A DNA stretch of 64,000 nucleotides from Deinococcus sp. (GTDB taxonomy: Bacteria > Deinococcota > Deinococci > Deinococcales > Deinococcaceae): positions 480,001 to 544,000 of the forward strand of contig OZ253375.1 of NCBI GenBank assembly GCA_965261005.1, read 5' to 3'. The notes beneath the pieces are model-generated. The model searched no databases, was not told the DNA's origin, and saw only the letters and a list, made by a program, of their open reading frames with translations. The position numbers and the translations under genes are program-made. Shown here in pieces: positions 1 to 10,124 of the stretch; within the stretch, counting starts at the first letter, position 1, and the number at the start of each line of letters is the position of its first letter.

Positions 1-447
<447 letters not shown>

Positions 448-460
448 ACGAACGTTTTTG

Positions 461-491
461 AGTCCGGTCCTTCAGGGGGCCGGGCTTTTTT
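461..491 (+). terminator. Intrinsic terminator after permease
   Basis: agtccggtcc...ggccgggct stem followed by a T-tract. Confidence 0.7.
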
Positions 492-593
492 GCTGTCTGC
501 ACGTTCGCCGCCTTTAGAAAGGGTCAAGGTGCCCCGCGCCGGGAACGGGATCCGGTCTCACATTGCCCGGGGTGGGCGCACTAGGCTCTTGTG

Positions 594-1715
594 GTGGCCT
601 TCTCAAAACCCCTGCACAAACCCGGGCGCGCCCGCGAGCGCGTTTTGGCCGCGCTGGGAGTGACCGTGCTGCTGAGCTTCAGCCCCACGGTCGGGTGGCT
701 GGTGTCGCGCGAGTACGCCAAGCTGCGGGCGCCCCTTCCCGTGGAGGCGCCGATTTTGCCGCCGCTGGGCGCGCCGGGGGCGGCAGAACTGCGGGCCTAC
801 GCGGCGCAGCTGGCGGCCTACGAAAGCGCCCTCGGCGCCCTGAAAGTCTCCAACCGGCGCCGCCTTCAGTTGCTCGAAAACCACTTCGCGCTGTACCGCC
901 GCGCGAACAGCTTGTTCGGTGCCGCACAGGCGGGCGCCCTTACGCGCATGCTCACCGCCGAAGTCAACAACCAGCAGCCCGCCCTCGGCCGGCGGTCGGT
1001 GTTTTCGAGTCCGGAGGCGGCCCAGGAAAACGTGGACCGCTGGCTGACCTTTTCCTGGCAAGCGCTACACATGCTCGACCGGCGCCACCCCGAACGCCTC
1101 GCACGGCAACTCGGCGTGCGCAGCCCCGCCCCCCTCGCGGCGGGCGTCGTGTTTAAGCAGGCGCGCTGGATTCGCCGCGCGGCGAGCGCCGCCCGCCTGC
1201 CGCCCGCCGTTCTCGCCGCCATCGTGGACAACGAGCAGGCGGGCACCACGCTGGCTTGGGGCTTATCCGGCCTGCTGCGCGACGCCGTGGACACGGCCGC
1301 CCTGCGGACCAGCGAGGTCTACGGCCGCAGCGGTCTCACCGGCGAGCTGTCCAACACGGTCGGCGTCACGCAGATGTCGTGGCAAGACGCCCTGCACCAA
1401 GCGGGCCGCTTGGGCGCGCTGAAGGTGCACCTCGGCGTGCCCTTTCCCACCGGCGAGCCGCAGGCCCGCGAACTGCTGGCGCGCCCCTACGCCAATTTGC
1501 TGCTGGCGGCCTCGCGGCTGCGCGGCTACCTGAACCACACCGCCGGCCTGCCGCCCAACAGCGCGGCCCCGCACATGGGCGCCTGGGCCTACTATCTCGC
1601 CCCCGGCTGGCACAACAACCCCGCGCTGGCCTCCAGCGGGCAAACTTGGCCGTACGCCTGGAACGCCTTTTTCAAGGCGTGCCTGTACCAGAGGTTGTTG
1701 CCGGAAATCAAGTAG
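594..1715 (+). CDS. Hypothetical membrane-anchored/secreted protein with possible lysozyme-like (lytic transglycosylase) C-terminal domain
   Basis: N-terminal hydrophobic stretch; 'VLAAIVDNEQ', 'VGVTQM', 'ANLLLAASRLRGYL' resemble SLT motifs; TAGGCT -10 lies 6 nt before GTG 594 (ORF track start 591). Confidence 0.6.
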   Translation: MAFSKPLHKPGRARERVLAALGVTVLLSFSPTVGWLVSREYAKLRAPLPVEAPILPPLGAPGAAELRAYAAQLAAYESALGALKVSNRRRLQLLENHFALYRRANSLFGAAQAGALTRMLTAEVNNQQPALGRRSVFSSPEAAQENVDRWLTFSWQALHMLDRRHPERLARQLGVRSPAPLAAGVVFKQARWIRRAASAARLPPAVLAAIVDNEQAGTTLAWGLSGLLRDAVDTAALRTSEVYGRSGLTGELSNTVGVTQMSWQDALHQAGRLGALKVHLGVPFPTGEPQARELLARPYANLLLAASRLRGYLNHTAGLPPNSAAPHMGAWAYYLAPGWHNNPALASSGQTWPYAWNAFFKACLYQRLLPEIK

Positions 1716-1733
1716 GCGGAAACCAAGTAAGGC

Positions 1734-2642
1734 TCAGCCCAGCCGCCCTACGTCCTCCAAGCTGGGAGCGTAAGCGCCGGCGCGCTGGCAGGCGGCGGCG
1801 GCCACCCGCAGGGCGAAGCGGACGTGGGCGTCCCAAGCTTCCCCCGCCTTTTCCACGGCGCCGTATAGCAGGCCCGCCACAAAGGCGTCGCCCGCGCCCA
1901 CGGTGTCAGCGACCTCAATCGGAACGGCCGGAAAGTCCTGATGTTCACCGCCCAGAAACAGGCTCGCCCCAGCCGCGCCGCGCGTGACCACGATGGGGGC
2001 AGTGTCATTCTGTTCGCGCAGCCAAGCGACGCTCTCGGCCTCGCTGCGCTCTGGAAACAGAAAGCGCAGGTCCTCGTCGGACACCTTGATCAGGTCCGAC
2101 AGACACAGCACGTGCCGCATCGTCGCCAGGTACTCCGGGTCGCGGTGGGTCACGCGGGCGTTGGGGTCGAAGCTGATACGGGCGCCGGCCTTTTTGGCGC
2201 GCTCGGCCAGGTCGAGCAGCACGCCGCTGAGCGGCAAGCGCGTGAGGCTAATGCCGCCCAGGTGCAGCCACCCTATCCGCTCCAGCCAGCCGTCCGGCAA
2301 CAGGTGGGGCGCGAAGTGCAAGTCGGCGCTGTTTTCCCCCATAAAGAAGTAGGCCGGGGGATCGCTCTCGTGCACCACCGCCAGCAGCGTGGGCGTGCTG
2401 GCGCGCTGCAAAAAGCGCTCGTCCAGGCCCGCCAGCTTCGTTTGGCGGGCCAACTCGTCGCCGAACACGTCGCGGCCCACCGCGCCCGCAAAGGCGCTGA
2501 ACAGACCCAGGGCGGCGCAGGCGCGGGCCACGTTCCAGCCCGCCCCGCCGGGGTGCGAGGTCCAGCTGTGTTCGCCCGCGCGCACAAGGTCAGTCAGAGC
2601 CTCGCCGGCGCTGACGACGGTGGGAAAAGCAGTCTCGGTCAT
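1734..2642 (-). CDS. PfkB-family carbohydrate kinase (fructokinase-like)
   Basis: 'GGAGWNVA', 'SFDPNAR', 'VTRGAAG', 'DTVGAGDAF' signatures. Confidence 0.92.
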   Translation of the reverse strand: MTETAFPTVVSAGEALTDLVRAGEHSWTSHPGGAGWNVARACAALGLFSAFAGAVGRDVFGDELARQTKLAGLDERFLQRASTPTLLAVVHESDPPAYFFMGENSADLHFAPHLLPDGWLERIGWLHLGGISLTRLPLSGVLLDLAERAKKAGARISFDPNARVTHRDPEYLATMRHVLCLSDLIKVSDEDLRFLFPERSEAESVAWLREQNDTAPIVVTRGAAGASLFLGGEHQDFPAVPIEVADTVGAGDAFVAGLLYGAVEKAGEAWDAHVRFALRVAAAACQRAGAYAPSLEDVGRLG

Positions 2643-2651
2643 GCCGGCAGT

Positions 2652-3323
2652 TTAGGACGGCCCGAACACGTCGCGGAGGTGCGCCGCGAAGTCGGCGGGA
2701 TCGCGGTAGATTGCCAGGGCGTCCCCGAAGTCCTCGAAGCCGCCGCAGCGCAAGGCGACCGTCCGCACCCCGGCCCGGTTCGCCGCCGTCACGTCATAGG
2801 GCGTGTCGCCGACCATCAGCACCTCTTCCGGCGGCAGGGCGAGCTTGGTCAGGGCGGCTTGGGCGATGTCGGGCTGCGGCTTGCTCGCCTTCACGTCGCT
2901 GGCGGTGGTGGCGGGCAAATCCATACCCTCCAGCCCCGCCTTTTCGAGCAGGGCGTCGATCATGGACTGCTCCGAGGAGGTGCCCAGAACCACCTTCAGG
3001 CCGCGCGCCAGCAGCGCCTCGACAAAGTCGCGTGCGCCGGGTTGAGGTTCCAAGTAAGGCAACTCGTCGCCGGTGAAGTGGCGCTCCCACTGGGTCTTGA
3101 GCCGCTCAAACAGCGCCTCGTCCTCGATTTTCCCGATCACCTGGGGCACCAACTGGTCGCCGCCCATGCCGATCAGGGGCCGCACCTTGTCATAAGGCAC
3201 GTCCAGGCCCTCCTCGCCAAAGGCGTTCACCCAAGCGCGGGCGTGGGCGTCGTTGCTGTCCACCAAGGTGCCGTCCACGTCCAGAATCACGCCGCGCCAG
3301 AATGAGCCGTCAGGGCTGGTCAT
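2652..3323 (-). CDS. HAD-family hydrolase
   Basis: '[10 protein letters not shown]', 'KPQPD', 'MVGDTPYD'. Confidence 0.92.
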   Translation of the reverse strand: MTSPDGSFWRGVILDVDGTLVDSNDAHARAWVNAFGEEGLDVPYDKVRPLIGMGGDQLVPQVIGKIEDEALFERLKTQWERHFTGDELPYLEPQPGARDFVEALLARGLKVVLGTSSEQSMIDALLEKAGLEGMDLPATTASDVKASKPQPDIAQAALTKLALPPEEVLMVGDTPYDVTAANRAGVRTVALRCGGFEDFGDALAIYRDPADFAAHLRDVFGPS

Positions 3324-3413
3324 GGTCCGAGGCTACAGGCACGGGGGCCTCACGCGCTTGAGCCTCCCTTGAGGCACGCGCGGGACAAGGCGGCGGGCGC
3401 GCAAGCTGAGGCC

Positions 3414-4175
3414 ATGAGCGAGGAACAACGGGTCTTGATCACGGGAGGAGCGCAGGGCATCGGGCGCGCCATCGCCGAACTGTACCTGGCGCGTGGGGCG
3501 CGGGTCTTGCTGTTCGACGTGCAGGAGGACGTTCAAGCCGCGGCACGCACCCTCGGCGCCGAGGCCGTGACGGGGGACGTGGCGCGCGGGGAAGACCGGG
3601 ATTTAGCGGTGGAGCGGGCGCTTTCCCTGTGGGGCGGACTCGACGTCTTGGTGAACAACGCCGCCTACCAGAAAGCCTCCGGCTCGCTGCTGGAGGTGGA
3701 CCCCGAGGGCTGGCGGCGGGCGCTGGACGTCAACCTCAGTGGCCCCCTGCTGCTGACGCGCGCCTGCGTGCCCCACATGCCGCAGGGCGGCGCCGTCGTG
3801 AACGTCGCCTCGGTGCAGGGCCTCTTCGCCGAACAGGGCAACGCCGCCTACACCGCCAGCAAGGGCGGCCTGATCAATTTGACCCGCTCGATGGCCCTCG
3901 ACCTCGCGCCGCGGGGCCTTCGCGTGAACGCCGTCGCCCCCGGCGCTATCGCCACCGAGGGTTTGCTCAAGGGCATTCAGGACAGCGCCGACCCCGGACA
4001 GACCCGCCGGGATTATGAGGACCTGCACGCCTTGAAAAGAATTGGCGAGCCGAAGGAAGTGGCCGAGGCGGTCTACTTTCTCGGCTCGGAGCGCGCCAGC
4101 TTTATCACCGGCGCGATTCTGACCGTGGACGGCGGCATGACGGCCAGCTTCATGATGGCGGGGCGGCCGGTCTGA
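3414..4175 (+). CDS. SDR-family NAD(P)-dependent oxidoreductase
   Basis: 'TGGAQGIG', 'LVNNAA', 'YTASK', 'VNAVAPG'. Confidence 0.92.
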   Translation: MSEEQRVLITGGAQGIGRAIAELYLARGARVLLFDVQEDVQAAARTLGAEAVTGDVARGEDRDLAVERALSLWGGLDVLVNNAAYQKASGSLLEVDPEGWRRALDVNLSGPLLLTRACVPHMPQGGAVVNVASVQGLFAEQGNAAYTASKGGLINLTRSMALDLAPRGLRVNAVAPGAIATEGLLKGIQDSADPGQTRRDYEDLHALKRIGEPKEVAEAVYFLGSERASFITGAILTVDGGMTASFMMAGRPV

Positions 4176-5222
4176 TCACCGGCCCATGTCAATCCCGACG
4201 GTCACGTCGTTTGTTCGGGGTGAGCCGGAGGTGATGCTGACGGCCGTCCCCGTGACGGCGCACCCGTCGGCGCTGACGTGAGACGCGGACCAATCGGCCA
4301 AGGCCCCGCCGAAGAAGGTTCCCAGCTTGCTGGCGACAAAGCTGAAGACGCCGGACGCGCCGTACTTCACGCTGCCGTCATAACCGTTCGGAAAGACCGA
4401 AAGTAGGTCGCCGTTGGCGATGGCCGCCGTCCGCTTCCAGTACTGGTCGGCGCCGGCCGCGTTAAAACCGGGCGCGGCAGGCAAATTCATCAGAATCGAG
4501 GACGTCCCGTCCGGCCGGTCCACCCGCAGGATCAGGGTGTCGCGCCCATTGACGCCGAGGCGGGTTGGGTAGCCGCCCCCAACCGAGACAGCGTGGCCCG
4601 GCGCGATGTGGCGCGCCTCCGCGTAGAAGCCGCCGACGTTGTAGAACGCGCGCAACTCCGCAGCGTAATAGACCAGGCCGGCGTCCACCTCGCTGCCGCC
4701 CCCGGCCTGCCCGCCCAAATATTGGTAGGCGGCCCAGGGCCGGCGGCCGATGGGGGCGGGAAAGACGGCGCTGGAAATATTGAGGACCGCAGAAATCACG
4801 CTGAAGCCGGGGCCGGACCAGGAGCGCCAAAAAGGGCCGTCGGCGGCGGGGGTGCAGTCGGGATAGGTGGTGGACAGGGCGCCCAGGTCGGGGCGCGCGA
4901 GGGCGGGCAAGCTCGGGCCAGCGCCGCCGTCCCGGAAGCGAACCGCCTGACCGTCCGGCACGACCTGACCCTGGCGGGCCAGCAGGGCGTCCGAGGTGGC
5001 GTACAGCTTGCCGTCCTGCGCGAGAAACACGGCATCGAAGCGCTCGCCACCGGCGAGAAAGGCGGCCGGAAGGGTCGCGTACCAAGCGCGGAGTTCGCCC
5101 AACACGGCGGGCGGAAAGTCGGGGCGAATGGTCAGGCGCACGTCGGGAGCGGGCGGTGGTGGGTTGCAGCCGACCAGGAGGCCGAGCGCGGCGCCGGCGG
5201 ACAACGGCAGGAAGCGCCTCAT
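4176..5222 (-). CDS. Hypothetical lipoprotein, possibly with a YrpD-like beta-sandwich domain
   Basis: Lipobox 'MRRFLPLSAGAALGLLVGC'; start overlaps the GNAT stop (ATGA-type overlap at 5219-5222). Confidence 0.7.
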   Translation of the reverse strand: MRRFLPLSAGAALGLLVGCNPPPPAPDVRLTIRPDFPPAVLGELRAWYATLPAAFLAGGERFDAVFLAQDGKLYATSDALLARQGQVVPDGQAVRFRDGGAGPSLPALARPDLGALSTTYPDCTPAADGPFWRSWSGPGFSVISAVLNISSAVFPAPIGRRPWAAYQYLGGQAGGGSEVDAGLVYYAAELRAFYNVGGFYAEARHIAPGHAVSVGGGYPTRLGVNGRDTLILRVDRPDGTSSILMNLPAAPGFNAAGADQYWKRTAAIANGDLLSVFPNGYDGSVKYGASGVFSFVASKLGTFFGGALADWSASHVSADGCAVTGTAVSITSGSPRTNDVTVGIDMGR

Positions 5223-6058
5223 GTCGCCCCTGACCCCAGCACCTCTTCCCGGCTGTCTGCCATGTGCCGATAGCCGAGCCGCCGGTAGATGGCGTTGCTG
5301 ATCAGGTTCGATAGGTCGGTGTAGAGAAAGGCGAAGTCGTACCCGTCTGCCAAAACGGTCTGACTCACGTGGGCGACCAAGTTGCTGGCGTAACCGCGTC
5401 CGCGCAACTCCGGCGGCGTGTACACGGCGTTGATTCGCAGCCCGCCGCCCCCACCCGGCCCCCGCGTCGGCCCGGCGGTGCCGGCCTGGGCGACGGGTTG
5501 GCCGGCGTCCTCCCACACGAACAGATGTCCAAGCCAGGCGAGCACGCTCCGCTCCGCCTCCTGCTCGGTCGGTCGCGGGTGTTGTGGCATCGCCTCGGCG
5601 TGGAAGGCCGTATGCCAAGCGGTCAGCGTCCTCACGTCGTCCGAGGTGGCGGGACGCGCACGCCCCGGTGCGGGCCGGGGCGGGGAAACCGCCCTCAGCT
5701 CGTAGATGCCCTGACTCATTCCGCTTTGATGCTTTCGCCCGCTCAAGGCCGCCGCCGTCAGGACGCTCTCCGAGGGGCCGATCAATAGGCGGCTTCCCGG
5801 ATGCAGGGCGTCCCGTGCCAGCAGGGCGACGGCCTCTTCAGGGCCGCGCGATAAGATCAGACGATCAGGAAGCGTACTGAGAGCTGCCGCTTGGATCGCC
5901 CCATTTTCTTCGACGTAGGCCCAGTACACGCCCTCTGCGGGCGCGGGCGTACCCTCCGCCAGCCCCAACATCAGGCCGTGCTCGGCCTCGCTCGTTCGCA
6001 GGAACGTTCGCGTGGCCTCAAGCCAGGCCGTCAGGGTGTTCGGTCGAATCAGCTGCAT
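5219..6058 (-). CDS. GNAT-family N-acetyltransferase
   Basis: 'INAVYTPPELRGRGYAS', 'LYTDLSNLISNAIYRRLGY'. Confidence 0.9.
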   Translation of the reverse strand: MQLIRPNTLTAWLEATRTFLRTSEAEHGLMLGLAEGTPAPAEGVYWAYVEENGAIQAAALSTLPDRLILSRGPEEAVALLARDALHPGSRLLIGPSESVLTAAALSGRKHQSGMSQGIYELRAVSPPRPAPGRARPATSDDVRTLTAWHTAFHAEAMPQHPRPTEQEAERSVLAWLGHLFVWEDAGQPVAQAGTAGPTRGPGGGGGLRINAVYTPPELRGRGYASNLVAHVSQTVLADGYDFAFLYTDLSNLISNAIYRRLGYRHMADSREEVLGSGAT

Positions 6059-6076
6059 GAATTGATTTTAGGGGCG

Positions 6077-6982
6077 TTATGGTGACCAAGACGCCTGGGC
6101 GTTATCCCTAAGCACTTCACCGATCACGCGCCGGGCCTCTTCCGCCTTCAAGGGGTCGGTATCGATGTACTCGGCCAGGGTGATCAAACCCTTCCATAGC
6201 GCCCAGCCACGACCGCGCGCCCAGGTGGCGTCGTCCACCGCGAGGGCGGCGCGAAACGCTTCACGGCTTTCCCCAGCAAAGAGCGTCCAGGCAATCACCG
6301 TGTCACAGGCGGGATCGCCGACGCCCATGCCCCCGAAGTCAATCACGGCGCTCAACCGTCCCTCACGCGCCAGCAGGTTGCCCGCGCTGACGTCCCCGTG
6401 AACCCAGACGGGTGGGCCATGCCAAGTTGCCCCCAGCGCAGCTTCCCAGACTGCCGTCACGGCGCCGGGGTCAATCACGCCGCCGAGGGCCGCCGCAGCG
6501 CGCCGGGTGTCCGCGTCATAGGTGGTCAGCGGGCCGCCGCGAAAAAAGTTGTGCGGTCCGGGCGGTGGGCCGCCACTTGAATCAACCCGTTGCAGGGCAG
6601 TGAGAAACTGGGCGAGCGCGACCGCACATTGCTCAAGGTCAGCGACGCGCCCGGTCGCCACGCTCTCGCCCTCCAGCCAGCGGTAAACGGACCAGGACCA
6701 GGGATAGCCCTCGCCGGGAACACCCAGAGCCAGGGGAGCAGGAATGGGCAAAGGCAGAAGCGGCGCGAGCCTCGGCAGCCAGCGCTGCTCCTTGTCCACC
6801 TGCGCGGCGTACCCCTCTGCGCTCGGAAGGCGCACGGTCATATGTTCGCCGAGGTGAAAGGTCCGGTTGTCCCAACCGCCGAACGCCACCGGCCTGACCG
6901 GAAGGTCGGCCCACTGCGGAAACTGCGCCGCGACCAAGCGGCTCACGAGGGCGGCGTTGATATTCACATCTTGGGGCGTCAC
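6077..6982 (-). CDS. Aminoglycoside phosphotransferase (APH)-family kinase
   Basis: 'GGWDN', 'VRLP', '[12 protein letters not shown]', 'VIDFG', 'GDPACD'; GTG start overlaps the pheA stop. Confidence 0.9.
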   Translation of the reverse strand: MTPQDVNINAALVSRLVAAQFPQWADLPVRPVAFGGWDNRTFHLGEHMTVRLPSAEGYAAQVDKEQRWLPRLAPLLPLPIPAPLALGVPGEGYPWSWSVYRWLEGESVATGRVADLEQCAVALAQFLTALQRVDSSGGPPPGPHNFFRGGPLTTYDADTRRAAAALGGVIDPGAVTAVWEAALGATWHGPPVWVHGDVSAGNLLAREGRLSAVIDFGGMGVGDPACDTVIAWTLFAGESREAFRAALAVDDATWARGRGWALWKGLITLAEYIDTDPLKAEEARRVIGEVLRDNAQASWSP

Positions 6983-7827
6983 TCCGCCGGCTCCCCCGCC
7001 CTCGGGTACGACCCGATCACCTTCACGAAGCTGGCCCGCCGCAGCACGCCGACCAGGGCCGCCGCGATGGCCGGGTCGCGGGCGTCGCCCTCGAAGTCCA
7101 CGTACATCAGGTAGCTCCAGGCGCGGTCGCGGCGCGGGCGGGACTCGATTTTGGAGAGGTTCAGGCCGCGCAGCTCGCCCAAGGTTTCGACCAAAAAGCC
7201 GGGGGTGTGGCGCACCGCGAAGACCAGGGAGGTCTTGTAGGGAACGCCCTCCACCTTGGCCGGCTCTAAGCGCGACAGGGCCAGAAAGCGGGTGAAGTTG
7301 AAGCTCTCGTCCTCAATGCTCTCGGCCAGCACGTTCAGGCCGTACAGCTCGCCGGCTCTGCGCGAGGCGATCACGGCCTCGTCACGCGCCCCGCGCCCGG
7401 CGAGGTCCTGGGCGGCGCCAGCGGTGTCGTAGGCGGCGACCGGCAGCAAATGGTGGCGCGCCAGAAAGCCGTCGCACTGGGCCAGGGCCTGCGGATGCGA
7501 AGAGACCCGCCGCACGTCCGCCAGCGCCACCCCCGGCAGGGCCAGCAGATGGTGGCGCACCCGCACCACGATCTCACCGGCCACGTGCAAATCGGTGTTG
7601 AGCAGCAAATCTACGTTCTGGTGAACGCTGCCGGCCAGGCTGTTCTCCACCGGCACCACGCCGAGACCCACCTCACCGCTCGCCACCGCCGCGAAGACCT
7701 CGTGAAAGGTGGGGTAGCCGCGCGGGGCAGCGTTCCCAGCGGCCAGCAGGGCGGCGCGCTCGCCGTAGGCGCCGGCCACCCCCTGGAAGGCGACGCTGAC
7801 GGTGGCGGTTTCGGAAAGGGTTGTCAT
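6979..7827 (-). CDS. pheA: Prephenate dehydratase
   Basis: '[11 protein letters not shown]', '[11 protein letters not shown]', 'SHPQALAQC', 'NFTRF', ACT-domain 'KIESRP'. Confidence 0.95.
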   Translation of the reverse strand: MTTLSETATVSVAFQGVAGAYGERAALLAAGNAAPRGYPTFHEVFAAVASGEVGLGVVPVENSLAGSVHQNVDLLLNTDLHVAGEIVVRVRHHLLALPGVALADVRRVSSHPQALAQCDGFLARHHLLPVAAYDTAGAAQDLAGRGARDEAVIASRRAGELYGLNVLAESIEDESFNFTRFLALSRLEPAKVEGVPYKTSLVFAVRHTPGFLVETLGELRGLNLSKIESRPRRDRAWSYLMYVDFEGDARDPAIAAALVGVLRRASFVKVIGSYPRAGEPAE

Positions 7828-8001
7828 GAACGCCAGCCTAAAGCATTGGGTAGAAGGGGCTGGCCTCCTCGCTGCGCAAGTATTCTTCTACGCTCATAGG
7901 CTCCAGGTATGGGGCGCTCACCCCATCATCTTACCCACCCGCCGCTTCTGAAGAAGTTCATTTATGAGACCCGGCACACCTCGGGCGTTTAGGCTGGGGG
8001 C

Positions 8002-9879
8002 ATGACTGCGACCACTCAAACCAGTGACCTAGATTTCTGGAGCCTCGCCAGCGGCGAGAACGTCCGGCCCGACCAAATCTTGGGGGCGCACGCCGCTGAG
8101 CAGAACGGTGAGGCGGGCGTGCGCTTCGCGGTGTGGGCGCCGGGGGCGCGGCACGTGAGCGTGATGGGCGACTTCAACGGCTGGAGTCCCTTCGACCATC
8201 CCCTCACGCGCCACGAGTTGGGCTTTTGGCACGCCTTTGTGCCGGGGGCGCGGCACGGCCAGCTGTACAAGTTCGCCGTGACCGATTCGTGGGACAACAC
8301 CGTGCAAAAGACTGATCCCTACGCCCGCAGCATGGAACTGCGCCCCGGCACCGCCAGCGTGATCTGGGCGCCGCCGCAAGACTTCGCGTGGGGCGACGCG
8401 GCCTGGCTGAGCGCGCGGACCCGGGGGTACGACCGGCCCATGTCCATCTACGAGATGCACCTCGGCTCGTGGTCGCGGCGCGAGGACGGCTGGTACCTGA
8501 ATTACCGCGAGATCGCCCAAAGGCTGGCCGACTACTGCAACCAGCTCAACTTCACCCATGTGGAGCTGATGGGCGTCTCCGAGCACCCCTTCGACGGCTC
8601 GTGGGGCTATCAGGTGACGGGCTACTACGCGCCCACCTCGCGCTACGGCACGCCGGACGACTTCAAGTGGATGGTGAACCACCTGCACGAGCGCGGCCTC
8701 GGCGTGATCGTGGACTGGGTGCCGGGGCACTTCCCAACCGACAGCGCGGGCCTGGCCAAGTGGGACGGCGGTCCCCTATTCGAGTACGCCGATCCGCGCA
8801 AGGGCTACCACCACGACTGGAACACCTACATCTTCGATTACGGCCGCAACGAGGTGGTCGCCTTTTTGATCGGCTCGGCGCTGAGCTTGATCGAGGATTA
8901 CCACGTGGACGGGCTGCGGGTGGACGCGGTCGCCTCGATGCTGTACCTGGACTTTTCGCGCGACGAGTGGGTGCCCAACGTGTTCGGCGGGCGCGAGAAC
9001 CTGGAGGCCATCGCCTTTTTGAAGCGCTTGAACGACAGCGTTCACGGCCGCAACCCCGGCGCCATCATGGTGGCCGAGGAGTCCACCGCCTTTCCCGGTG
9101 TCACCTGGCCGACCCCGGACGGCCTCGGCTTCGACTACAAGTGGGCCATGGGCTGGATGAACGACTCGCTGTTTTACTTCGGGCGCGACCCGGTCTACCG
9201 CAAGTACGAGCACCACAAGCTGACCTTTTTCAACGTCTACCGCACCTCCGAGCACTTCATCCTGGCCGTCTCGCACGACGAGGTGGTCCACCTCAAGAAG
9301 TCGCTGGTGTCCAAGATGCCGGGCAGTTGGTACGAGCAGCGCGCCGGGCTGCGCAGCTTTTTCGCGCTTCAGTGGGCCACCCCCGGCAAAAAGCTGATCT
9401 TCATGGGCCAGGAGTTCGCGCAAGGCAGCGAGTGGAACTACAACGTCGGCCTGCCGTGGTACAGCCTGGACCACAGCGAGCACGCCGGGGTGCAGCGCCT
9501 CGTGGGCGACCTCAACAAGCTCTACCGCGACCTGCCCGCCCTGCACGCCGGCGACGCGGCCGAGGAGGGTCAGTACTGGCTGAACGCCGACGACGAGGAC
9601 AACAGCGTGTACAGCTTTGTGCGCCGCGACCCGGGAAGCGGCGCGCAGGTGATCGTGGTGGCCTCGCTGACGCCGGTCTACCGCGAGGGTTACCGCGTCG
9701 GCGTGCCGGAAGGGGGCACCTACCACGTGCTGCTCAATACCGACGCGGGCGAGTACGGCGGCTTCGGCACCCAGCAGGATGATTTGACGGCGCAGCCGGG
9801 CGAGTGGAACGGCCAGCCGTACCACCTGAACCTGAACCTGGCGCCCAACAGCGTGCTGTACTTAGAGCGGGTGGGCTGA
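8002..9879 (+). CDS. glgB: 1,4-alpha-glucan branching enzyme
   Basis: GH13 motifs 'YEMHLGSW', 'SWGYQ', 'DWVPGHF', 'DGLRVDAVASM', 'AEES', 'SHDEVVH'. Confidence 0.97.
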   Translation: MTATTQTSDLDFWSLASGENVRPDQILGAHAAEQNGEAGVRFAVWAPGARHVSVMGDFNGWSPFDHPLTRHELGFWHAFVPGARHGQLYKFAVTDSWDNTVQKTDPYARSMELRPGTASVIWAPPQDFAWGDAAWLSARTRGYDRPMSIYEMHLGSWSRREDGWYLNYREIAQRLADYCNQLNFTHVELMGVSEHPFDGSWGYQVTGYYAPTSRYGTPDDFKWMVNHLHERGLGVIVDWVPGHFPTDSAGLAKWDGGPLFEYADPRKGYHHDWNTYIFDYGRNEVVAFLIGSALSLIEDYHVDGLRVDAVASMLYLDFSRDEWVPNVFGGRENLEAIAFLKRLNDSVHGRNPGAIMVAEESTAFPGVTWPTPDGLGFDYKWAMGWMNDSLFYFGRDPVYRKYEHHKLTFFNVYRTSEHFILAVSHDEVVHLKKSLVSKMPGSWYEQRAGLRSFFALQWATPGKKLIFMGQEFAQGSEWNYNVGLPWYSLDHSEHAGVQRLVGDLNKLYRDLPALHAGDAAEEGQYWLNADDEDNSVYSFVRRDPGSGAQVIVVASLTPVYREGYRVGVPEGGTYHVLLNTDAGEYGGFGTQQDDLTAQPGEWNGQPYHLNLNLAPNSVLYLERVG

Positions 9880-10124
9880 GCCGCCTGAGCCGCCCGCCCC
9901 ACCAGATCGCCAACTTGCTGATCCTGCTGGCCTTGGCGCTGCTGCTGTTCGCGCCGCTGTTGGGGCTGGGTCGCCCACCCCTGTGGCTGGTGGCGGGGCT
10001 GCTGGTTGTGCGGCTGGGCCTCCAGCTGTGGCGGGCGCGCTTTGATCCGGGATTGCGCCGCCCGGCCGCGTGGCTGATTGACTTGGCGCTGATCGCGCTG
10101 TTACTGACCCAGGCCAAGCCCTGA
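9876..10124 (+). CDS. Small hypothetical membrane protein (about 3 hydrophobic segments); start uncertain
   Basis: Leu-rich ORF directly after glgB; the only candidate start adjacent to glgB is a CTG overlapping its TGA. Confidence 0.5.
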   Translation: MSRLSRPPHQIANLLILLALALLLFAPLLGLGRPPLWLVAGLLVVRLGLQLWRARFDPGLRRPAAWLIDLALIALLLTQAKP

